A DNA stretch of 64,000 nt from a bacterium (GTDB lineage: Bacteria; Electryoneota; B3-LCP), in the NCBI GenBank assembly GCA_026394195.1, contig JAPKYS010000023.1, positions 540,209 to 604,208 on the forward strand, given 5' to 3'. A program made the position numbers and the translations under genes. Shown one piece after another: positions 28,131-36,021 of this stretch; the first letter of the stretch is position 1; each line of letters begins with the position of its first letter. A model generated the notes under the pieces. The model was given only the letters and a program-made list of their open reading frames with translations. It ran no database searches and had not been told where the DNA came from.

Positions 28131-28825
28131 TAGAAGACCTGCAGAGATGCTTCAAGGCTATCCTCTTTGATCTCGACGGCGTACTGATCGATTCTATGCC
28201 GCACCATGTGGCTGCCTGGCAGCGAATCTTCGCTGAGTTGGGGATTGAAGTCCCCAGCGAAATTCTGCGTCGCAGCGAAGGCGAAAAAGCCAAGATCACC
28301 ATCCGCAGACTGGCAAAGCAGCACGGTTTGGATCTGACCGAAACCCAACTGGATGATCTGATCAACCGAAAACGCGCCATCTACAGGCGCTCCGCACCTA
28401 AGGGGATGCGGCAAGTTGCATATACGCTCCTACAAACTTGTCGGACCGCTGGGCTTAAAGTCGCAATCGTCACGGGTTCAGTTCGATCCAATCTGGAATG
28501 GACACTCTCGTCAGACGAGTTACAGTTATTCGACCTTGTTATCAGTTCTGAACAATACCAGAGCGGCAAACCACATCCTGAGCCCTACCTGAAAGCTGCG
28601 AATATACTCGGAATCGATCCACTCCATTGCCTGGTAATCGAAAATGCGCCGCTGGGGATACAGAGCGCCAAAGCCGCTGGAATGACCTGCGTCGCCATCA
28701 CGACCACGTTGCCGCCGGAAGTTCTGAAGGAAGCCGATTTTATCCTGACGGATCTCGATGATCTGCTCAACCGGAAGATTGATTTCTCAACCGTTAAACC
28801 GGGAGACTCCCAATGCCGCACGTAG
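28127..28825 (+). CDS. HAD-superfamily hydrolase (beta-phosphoglucomutase-like subfamily IA)
   Basis: Motif I ILFDLDGVLIDS, a TGS motif, and KPHPEPY...ENAPLGIQSAKAAGM. Confidence 0.85.
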   Translation: MIEDLQRCFKAILFDLDGVLIDSMPHHVAAWQRIFAELGIEVPSEILRRSEGEKAKITIRRLAKQHGLDLTETQLDDLINRKRAIYRRSAPKGMRQVAYTLLQTCRTAGLKVAIVTGSVRSNLEWTLSSDELQLFDLVISSEQYQSGKPHPEPYLKAANILGIDPLHCLVIENAPLGIQSAKAAGMTCVAITTTLPPEVLKEADFILTDLDDLLNRKIDFSTVKPGDSQCRT

Positions 28826-28883
28826 ATATCGTGACCATTGAGCGGCATACGCTATGATAAGAAAACTTCGCCAATTGCGCGCG

Positions 28884-28911
28884 GAAAAAGCGGTCGAATG
28901 ACCGCTTTTTC
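28884..28911. terminator. Bidirectional terminator between convergent genes
   Basis: gaaaaagcggtc-gaat-gaccgcttttt is a perfect stem with A and T runs on either side. Confidence 0.65.
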
Positions 28912-28947
28912 TCTGTATAGATAGCGCCTCTTGGGATGGCAGTTATT

Positions 28948-29970
28948 CTATTTTAGCTTGGTTTTCAGCTCCTGAAGCTCCTTTTTCAGCTCTTCAATTT
29001 GTACCTTGAGCTCTTCTGTCGGCACCTCAACCTGGATCCTTAACTCCTTCAGCGATTGACCTAATTCTTCCATGTCGATATCAGGCGCCACCATTCTAAG
29101 CTCCTTGATTTTTTCCAAACCTTTGCCCCAATCCGACCTGCTGCCGAAGCTCATGCAATCGGAACAAGAGCTGCAGTCCTTGGCCATTTCATCCAACTGA
29201 GCTTTAAATTTCTTCTCTTTGCCGTCTCGAATAGCAGTAATCTCAACCTCATCCCCCTTTTTCTTATCCTTAAACGCTTTTCTCAGATCTGACCGATCTT
29301 CGACTTCGCGATCACCCACCTTCACGATGACGTCGCCGGCTTTCAAACCAGCCTTCTGCGCCGGAGAATCCTTTTCAACTGAGGATACCAGCAGTCCATC
29401 ACCTTCCTTGACCTTGAAATACTCTGCGAGCTGATCGGACAGTGGCTGCAACTGCACCCCAAGGAAGGCGCCTGGCTTTCCGTAACCCTTCATGATTTTG
29501 ATACACTTCTTGGCGTTGGGAGAATCGCAATCTCCGCAGCCTTCTGAAGAAGCGATCATCACGGTTTTATCAGGAGCTTCACCCATGGTGACTTTCAGGG
29601 ATTTCTCTGCTCCGGAACGCATGACCACCAAGGTGGCTTCATCGCCCGGTTTGCACTTGGCGATCAATTTGCGCAGATGATCTGAATCATCGACTTTTAC
29701 GCCGTTGAATTGGGTGATCAGGTCATCCTCGATAATACCAGCCTTTTTTGCAGGACCATTATCAACAACGTCACCAACCAAGGCACCGGAATCCTGCTTT
29801 TTCTCGCCTTGTTCCGTCTTGATTATGGTTTCCTGCAGATACACCCCCAGATAGGCGTCCTTGGATGGTTCTGCCTGAGCCGATTGGATGAGGATAGTCC
29901 CCAGTCCTGCCAGCATTAAGATGGAAATTCCCAACATCGGAATTAAAATCCGCTTTTTCATGACATTCAC
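28948..29970 (-). CDS. Secreted double-PDZ protein with Cys clusters and a C-terminal coiled coil (no protease domain)
   Basis: Two PDZ-like segments (GALVGDVVDNGPAKKAG; GLLVSSVEKDSPAQKAGLKAGD). Cys clusters CGDCDSPNAKKC and CSSCSDC. Heptad-like tail ELKVQIEELKKELQELKTKLK. Confidence 0.7.
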   Translation of the reverse strand: MNVMKKRILIPMLGISILMLAGLGTILIQSAQAEPSKDAYLGVYLQETIIKTEQGEKKQDSGALVGDVVDNGPAKKAGIIEDDLITQFNGVKVDDSDHLRKLIAKCKPGDEATLVVMRSGAEKSLKVTMGEAPDKTVMIASSEGCGDCDSPNAKKCIKIMKGYGKPGAFLGVQLQPLSDQLAEYFKVKEGDGLLVSSVEKDSPAQKAGLKAGDVIVKVGDREVEDRSDLRKAFKDKKKGDEVEITAIRDGKEKKFKAQLDEMAKDCSSCSDCMSFGSRSDWGKGLEKIKELRMVAPDIDMEELGQSLKELRIQVEVPTEELKVQIEELKKELQELKTKLK

Positions 29971-30081
29971 CTCACATTTATTTCTTCATTTGGAGTAACT
30001 TTCATGCCTCTATTAATTGGACGATAATCAAAGGCAGAAGTTTCACCGGAATTTAAGAATTTTCAATGATTTTAATAAAAT

Positions 30082-30957
30082 TCAGGCGGGGTATTCCAGG
30101 ACGAGCCCCTGATCGATGTTCAACAGGGTAGTTTTGAGAATTTTTCCGGCGAGGCTCAGGTCAAAGGTATTATTTTTTGGGTAGGAAACCTGAGTCGACG
30201 CGATATCAGTTTGGGAGGGGATCAGAAGAGTTGAATCCAGGTGCAGATGCTCTGCCAACTTGTGAGCAAAGGTGACTCTGTCGGTGGGCTCCGATCCTCC
30301 AAGATGGAGCAGCCCCTTCCAGTCGCTCTGCGCCAGTTCCCAAACGCATTGCGACAGGTTGGTCACCGACATGAAATTACGGAATTGATCAGCGAAGAGA
30401 AAATACGGTTTTCCACCCTGGACACGCTGGATAACCTCCTCAGTGAAGGAAGTACCACCGATAGCGGGCTTACCGTAACTCAGATTAAGGCGAATCACCA
30501 CCAGGTCGGAACAGGTTTCCTGCACACGCCGTTCGGCTGCCAGCTTGGTACATCCGTAAAAGTTGACGGGCTGCGGCAGATCCGTTTCGCTGTAATTGCC
30601 CTTGGACCCATCAAAGACCATGTCGCTGGAAAAGAAGATCAATCGTATCCCATATTCGACGCAGAGTTCAGCCAATTGTCCAGTAAACCAGCTGTTCATC
30701 TCCCAAGCGGCAGTCGGAGCATTCTCGCAGAATGCAACGCTTGAATACCCGGCGCAGTGGATGAGCAGATCGGGTTTGATCCCCTTTAGGATAGCGTTAA
30801 CCGCATTCAAATCTCGTAAATCAACGCGCAGCGTGCGCGAAGAATTCTCGCGCACGTTGTTATCAAGGTAAGTACCCCAGGTTTCTATATCGGTAGGAGC
30901 GTCAAGAAAGAGGCGGCCCCCAATGAATCCGGATGCACCGGTAATTAATGCTCTCAT
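30082..30957 (-). CDS. SDR-family NAD(P)-dependent reductase, dTDP-4-dehydrorhamnose reductase (RmlD)-like
   Basis: ITGASGFIGG Rossmann motif, SSDMVFDGSKGNYSETD and YGCTKLAAE (YxxxK). Confidence 0.72.
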   Translation of the reverse strand: MRALITGASGFIGGRLFLDAPTDIETWGTYLDNNVRENSSRTLRVDLRDLNAVNAILKGIKPDLLIHCAGYSSVAFCENAPTAAWEMNSWFTGQLAELCVEYGIRLIFFSSDMVFDGSKGNYSETDLPQPVNFYGCTKLAAERRVQETCSDLVVIRLNLSYGKPAIGGTSFTEEVIQRVQGGKPYFLFADQFRNFMSVTNLSQCVWELAQSDWKGLLHLGGSEPTDRVTFAHKLAEHLHLDSTLLIPSQTDIASTQVSYPKNNTFDLSLAGKILKTTLLNIDQGLVLEYPA

Positions 30958-30999
30958 TGGCTGATTTCACGCGAAGGCTGGTTATCTGGAGCCATGGTC

Positions 31000-31794
31000 T
31001 CAGAAGCCGGCGGTCAGAACCAGGCGAATCTCATTGGAGGAATTGGCAAAAGTGGGTTCAACGCTCAAACCAAGCTGTCCCGTTTTCTGACGCTTCAACA
31101 AGGCGGAGGCTTTTTTCCCTGTATCGACCAGTGAAATCAGGCGGTTGAGCGCAGCCGCACCTATGAAGAAGTACATGCGGTTCTTGGCTGAACGGCTTTG
31201 AATGCGAGTGTGATCGTACTCAAGGCGGTTTCCCTCCGCATCCCAGGCCCAAAAATAGGATGGGTCATTATAAAGCGCGTCGAAATCTCGATTCAGCAGC
31301 TTCGCCTGATTGTATTCATCAGTGTTGTTGTAATTCCCTATATCTGCATAGTATTTGTCTGACCTGCCCGACATGTGAGCTCCGGAGTGCGTGGCGGCAT
31401 AGGAGATAAACTGGTCTTCACGCCATTGACCATACACGTATTGAGTAACTACCCCCGTCCAGATGGCCACGTCGGTCCAGAAAAATGCTCGCCCTGTGTT
31501 TTTGTATCCTAAGTATGATTCTCCCCAACCGGGCATTATCAAAGATCGCAACAATGCTCCCTGCCGATTGAGCTTCCTCTCCGTGCCTTGACTATCCTTG
31601 AACACTCCGCTCGTTTGATCCGCGGCGAACTGGTTGGACATAGCCATTCCAAGCTGGGAATTTTGATAGACCAGTTTGGAGTATCGTCCGTTAGCAGCGA
31701 TTTGAGCAGTTGACCCCTGCGTTTGGGCGTTGGCAGCGGATCCTGCCAAAGTCAACAGCAGGAGTATGATTATTGTAGATTTTACCGGATTCAT
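31000..31794 (-). CDS. Hypothetical membrane protein, DUF5683-like (PGWGESY hairpin)
   Basis: Signal peptide, then LLRSLIMPGWGESYLGY...FFWTDVAIWTGVV. Shares YAATHSG and KYYADIGNYN motifs with 31812-32777 and 57906-58862. Confidence 0.5.
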   Translation of the reverse strand: MNPVKSTIIILLLLTLAGSAANAQTQGSTAQIAANGRYSKLVYQNSQLGMAMSNQFAADQTSGVFKDSQGTERKLNRQGALLRSLIMPGWGESYLGYKNTGRAFFWTDVAIWTGVVTQYVYGQWREDQFISYAATHSGAHMSGRSDKYYADIGNYNNTDEYNQAKLLNRDFDALYNDPSYFWAWDAEGNRLEYDHTRIQSRSAKNRMYFFIGAAALNRLISLVDTGKKASALLKRQKTGQLGLSVEPTFANSSNEIRLVLTAGF

Positions 31795-31811
31795 CAGAAG
31801 AATTGAGACGA

Positions 31812-32777
31812 TTAGAAGTTCAGCCTGAAAACACCCATGGTGACCTGTTCGTTGTCATAGCGGCGTGATTCCAGCCTGAAGGCGCCTTCGACGGCATGTT
31901 CTTTTGCCAGTTTACGGTTGTGAACGGATACTGCGAATCCTGCGTGCAACGCTGACAGCAGATGATTCGCCATCACTACCATGGTAAAGTCCTTGGATGA
32001 ATTGAGGGCGTCGTTGGATTCTTTACGCATGTTCAGGTAGGTTTCTCTGAAGCTATTCTTGGTCTCCCATTGCCAGGTGGTGCGGGTTGCGGCGCGGTAG
32101 TTCAAATCACTGTCACCCAAAGTGGGCCAACCGGCGCCGAACTGATTGTACTTGCCGATCATTTCGTAGTACTGCTGATCATTTTTGTTAGGATCAAGCT
32201 CATGTGTAAACCCATCGCTGGGCAGATAGAGTAACTTCTCAGTCCAGGATAGCGACTGCCATTCGTCGATAAGGCCAGTATATCCCGGATCACCACCGGT
32301 TTGACCATCTTTCCCGAAGATGGTGGCAGCCCAGTATTCATAGTGCGAGTAATCGTTGAATTCTGCGAGCGTATTCGGCTGTATGGCGTCGCGATTATAA
32401 GCCCAATGTTGCTCGGCGTATGTGTGGAATTCATCATCCTTATTCATGCCCTTCTGATGATAGACCGCCACCCCAGCCCAGGCTCCCACTTCCACCGCCA
32501 TGAATAGCGCTCCCCATAGCGGACTCTTGGCGTAGATCTGCCCGGTTCCAGGTAGAATCATCGACAGCAACAGAGCCTTGCCGGGAACCAGTTTACCGGC
32601 GATTTCCGGGGCAGCTGTGGTTGAATCGGCTGGCGCCGGCTGTTCCGGCGTCTGGGTCATCGCCTGTGCCAACTGCAGGCGCATGGGGTTATAATTTAAT
32701 CTGGACTCACCATTTGGATTGGCGATCGCAGCAACTGCCAACAACAAAACTGATAATGCGATGCTTATCCAGCGCAT
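31812..32777 (-). CDS. Hypothetical membrane protein, DUF5683-like (PGTGQIY hairpin), paralog of the downstream gene
   Basis: LLLSMILPGTGQIYAKSPLWGALFMAVEVGAWAGV, plus the EYWAATIFGKDG..GGD and QQYYEMIGKYNQFGAGWP motifs. Confidence 0.5.
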   Translation of the reverse strand: MRWISIALSVLLLAVAAIANPNGESRLNYNPMRLQLAQAMTQTPEQPAPADSTTAAPEIAGKLVPGKALLLSMILPGTGQIYAKSPLWGALFMAVEVGAWAGVAVYHQKGMNKDDEFHTYAEQHWAYNRDAIQPNTLAEFNDYSHYEYWAATIFGKDGQTGGDPGYTGLIDEWQSLSWTEKLLYLPSDGFTHELDPNKNDQQYYEMIGKYNQFGAGWPTLGDSDLNYRAATRTTWQWETKNSFRETYLNMRKESNDALNSSKDFTMVVMANHLLSALHAGFAVSVHNRKLAKEHAVEGAFRLESRRYDNEQVTMGVFRLNF

Positions 32778-32946
32778 TTTCCACCTCGTTCCTTCGGAGT
32801 TCTTGTACGGATTAGGCTTTTATTGATCAGGAAATCGCAGAGGTCACTTTCCCTGGACCTTGATCCTGTCAGGATGACTGAGGATACTTAGTTATTACAT
32901 TCCTCAAATGTTTTAAAGATCCCACTATTGGCAGATTTTAGGCTGT

Positions 32947-35900
32947 CTATCTGCCGATAAAAGGTATATCGCTGCGCCTGAGATTAAAGTTAAACAACAG
33001 CGTTAGATAATACCGCCATTCCCGGCCGTATTCGTGTACGCCGTTGTCATCGACGATATTAAAACGATTGAATCCGTAAGCTGCGTCTATGGTCAGCGCG
33101 CTGGGAAAGGTGGTAAAACTGAAGAATTGTACCTTCAGAGCTGCTCCGGCGTCCGTCTTCAGATCTTCCTTTTGAAATTCACCCGTCCAGGAATTGCCGA
33201 CGTCGCCGTAGCCCTGAAGATAAACTTTATCGAGGCTGATGATACCCAGATTGCCGGCAATGTCACGCCAGATCGGAAGGGTATAAATTCCACGCAGAAT
33301 TCCTTTGCGGGTGCCTCCCATGCTGTAATAGGAGTATCCTTTCATGCCGTCAAGCCCCCCCGCATAGAGGTAGAAGAAAGAATCGACCGTGTGATCCAAG
33401 TAGCCCAGATCCGCTGTAAATGTAAGACTGTGACCCTTCATCAATGGCGACTTGAAATAGCGGTCAGCCAAGAGTTGGAAGCGATTGTACTTATAGGGGG
33501 TGTAGACTTCCTGGATGGTTCCTTTGCCGGCGTTGACGGTGAAGCCATCGATAAAGTAATTTTGTTCATGGGCGATCTCTCCCTGCAGGAAGTAACCACC
33601 GCTGGGGCTGATGTCCTGATTTCTACCGGCCAGACGGTGGTCATCCGTCACGGTCAATTCAGCGGTTTTACCCTTGAAGTAGGTATAGCCAAACACCGTC
33701 CCATCATCAAAGGTCACGTTGGTGCGGTAGCGTGATAATACCCCTGCCAGGCGGACGGTGACCACATCCATAATCTTGAACCGGATCCCGGCATCGACTT
33801 CCAGCAGGTTAAAGCTGTACTTGCTGGTGTAAGTATCGTAAAGCGGCACGGCATTCCCGCCGCTGCCGCGCTCGCCGATGATCTTGTATTGATCTTCAAA
33901 GGTCTGCTGGGTGTGACGGCGTAGATTGTAAGCTTCGATAAAAAGTGTGGGCGGGAGTCTCTTGTATTCGATCAGAGCGAAGAGGTCATAATCCTTAGCT
34001 CCATTCATGGCGAAGCCGCCGAAGGCATTCATCTGTTCCAGAATGTCCTGCGAATAAAAGTAGAGACCCGGCTTGAATTTCCCGTAATCGAAAGCGATCC
34101 GTGGGTAGATAAAGGTTTTATCGAACGTAGGCTTGTAGGGGCGTGACGGAGCATCCGGCGCCGGGACGTCGCTGTAATTCACCGGCGGAATGGTGTTCAG
34201 GTAATCGGGTTGATATACCATCCAGGTAGGATCGATAGAAACCACCGAATCCATCAACGCCATCTTATAGCCGGTCGCACGGTAATCCGCGTAGGCCATT
34301 CTGCCATCAGGGGAAACGGCAGGCATGAAAGCACCGCCAAGAACGTTGGTTACAGCGCAGACCGCTCCGGTGGAAAAATCATAACGGTAAATATTAAATA
34401 TGCCGGTGCTGTCAGATGAGAAGTAGAATTGGTCGCTGCCACTCCAATACGGGTCCCGTTCATCCGCACGGGTACTGATGACCTTATTGATTTCACCGGT
34501 TTCCAGATCGGTCAGCATAATGTCCCGATCATTATCTCGGCTGAAGGCAAATAAAATGCGGTTATTATCATCAGACCATCGAGGAGCATAGACCTGTTCA
34601 CCGTTGGAATATTGAGTCAGCGCGCGTTCAGCACTCAGTTTGGTATCTTTCTTTACCTTCCACCATTCAGGATTCAGGTCGGCGACCCAGAGATTCTGAG
34701 TGCCGTCGGAACTGACGACAAAACAAACCTTCTTGCCATCAGGCGATACGTCGACGTCGGAAGCTCTGCGGCCGGTGGTTATGCGTCTGACTTTCTTGTC
34801 CACGCAATCCCAGGCGGTGAGATCGTCGAAATGCGATCCGTGAGTTCCGGGTCCAAATTGCATATTGAAAAAGATAAATCGGCCATCGGGGCTGTAGGAC
34901 AACGGGGAATCGACCCCGGAGTACAATTGCTTCAGTTCCTTTTTCTCCAGATCGTACCGATAGAGAGCTGAGTGCATGAAATAATCGCCGCCCTTGTTGG
35001 AGGTGAACGCCAGGAATTTGCCATCGGGGCTGAAGGCTGGATGCAGATTGGCAAAACCTTCCGGTTCGATTAGGCTGCCCTCGCGGCGGTGCGTCTGTAT
35101 TTCAGCTGAACGAGTGGTGTAGGTAGCTTTTAAACTGTCGAGCCATTCTCGATGCAACTGCCCGCCATTCATACCGAGATTGCGCTTCAGAGATTGATCA
35201 AAAGTGAAGTAGAACGGTCTCTTCATGTCGGCGCTGAGACGCTGCAAGACGTCCACTCCCCAGCGATCGGCGATATAGCGCACCAGCGTAAAACCGTGGT
35301 CGTAGACTCCTTCGGCGTCGAGACTGGTCTTGCCGTAATATCCCATTTCGGTATAGGTCAGGGGCTTGCCTTCCAGAACTCGCATGCGCAAGATCATGTC
35401 GCGATGAGAATCCCAGTGGTCGTATCCAAAATCGGGACGCTGGAACTGAGAGCAGCCTTCCGCAAACCAGGGCGGGATGATGGTCAGGGGCAGCGGATAG
35501 GAAGCCAGGACATTGGGATACCCGTACAGAACGTCCGGCCGCTTCTCTTCTTCGTAATCGATCACCTGCAGATAAAACGCCGGCAACCAGCGGGGACCCT
35601 TGCGTGAAGCTCCCAATTGGATAAGGTGTGTAAATTCGTGAGAAACCACATTGCGCAGCCAGTTGTGGGTGCCGCGCAAATCGAAATCCAGGGGCTTGGC
35701 CCAGATTACGATCTTATTGTCATAATAGTATGCACCGCCGTTGGAATAGTCGTCGGTGTCGCGGACGATGATGCTGATTTTGGTATCGGGTTTGTAGTCG
35801 TAGAGGGAGGTAATGGGCTGGTAATCTTCTTCGGCGATGCGCAGAATTTCGCGGGCGGTTCTTTCGGCGCCCTGATGGTACATGATCTTGAAATGATCCG

Positions 35901-36021
35901 ATTCGTAGACTTCCCATTTCAGTTCGGGGTGGTTGTACTCTTCCGGTTGAGCCAGAAGTGATGCCGGGGCTGAAATCAACAACAGAGCAAATACGATCAG
36001 AACATTCAACCGGAATTTCAT
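32947..36021 (-). CDS. Large secreted protein: N-terminal HExxH metallopeptidase-like domain + PD40/TolB-like beta-propeller repeats + C-terminal region that may be an outer-membrane beta-barrel
   Basis: Signal peptide MKFRLNVLIVFALLLISAPASLLA. HEFTH at 35626-35640. Repeated P.FSPDG+...F.S motifs (PAFSPDGKFLAFTS, LSYSPDGRFIFF, DVSPDGKKVCFV, PAVSPDGRMAY). The barrel call rests only on an alternating-residue impression of the C-terminal 450 aa. The ATG at 36021 overlaps the upstream TGA (TGATG), so the track N-terminal extension to 36126 is discounted. Confidence 0.6.
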   Translation of the reverse strand: MKFRLNVLIVFALLLISAPASLLAQPEEYNHPELKWEVYESDHFKIMYHQGAERTAREILRIAEEDYQPITSLYDYKPDTKISIIVRDTDDYSNGGAYYYDNKIVIWAKPLDFDLRGTHNWLRNVVSHEFTHLIQLGASRKGPRWLPAFYLQVIDYEEEKRPDVLYGYPNVLASYPLPLTIIPPWFAEGCSQFQRPDFGYDHWDSHRDMILRMRVLEGKPLTYTEMGYYGKTSLDAEGVYDHGFTLVRYIADRWGVDVLQRLSADMKRPFYFTFDQSLKRNLGMNGGQLHREWLDSLKATYTTRSAEIQTHRREGSLIEPEGFANLHPAFSPDGKFLAFTSNKGGDYFMHSALYRYDLEKKELKQLYSGVDSPLSYSPDGRFIFFNMQFGPGTHGSHFDDLTAWDCVDKKVRRITTGRRASDVDVSPDGKKVCFVVSSDGTQNLWVADLNPEWWKVKKDTKLSAERALTQYSNGEQVYAPRWSDDNNRILFAFSRDNDRDIMLTDLETGEINKVISTRADERDPYWSGSDQFYFSSDSTGIFNIYRYDFSTGAVCAVTNVLGGAFMPAVSPDGRMAYADYRATGYKMALMDSVVSIDPTWMVYQPDYLNTIPPVNYSDVPAPDAPSRPYKPTFDKTFIYPRIAFDYGKFKPGLYFYSQDILEQMNAFGGFAMNGAKDYDLFALIEYKRLPPTLFIEAYNLRRHTQQTFEDQYKIIGERGSGGNAVPLYDTYTSKYSFNLLEVDAGIRFKIMDVVTVRLAGVLSRYRTNVTFDDGTVFGYTYFKGKTAELTVTDDHRLAGRNQDISPSGGYFLQGEIAHEQNYFIDGFTVNAGKGTIQEVYTPYKYNRFQLLADRYFKSPLMKGHSLTFTADLGYLDHTVDSFFYLYAGGLDGMKGYSYYSMGGTRKGILRGIYTLPIWRDIAGNLGIISLDKVYLQGYGDVGNSWTGEFQKEDLKTDAGAALKVQFFSFTTFPSALTIDAAYGFNRFNIVDDNGVHEYGREWRYYLTLLFNFNLRRSDIPFIGR

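Noticed and set aside
33034-33735. 233-aa plus-strand ORF. The same applies to 35152-35607, 37689-38291, 57942-58505, 20549-21205, 16991-17554, 45968-46432, 54424-54969, 52038-52556 and 26966-27505.
   Set aside because: All are shadow ORFs opposite long genes with recognisable domains. None has a signal, motif or plausible intergenic context.
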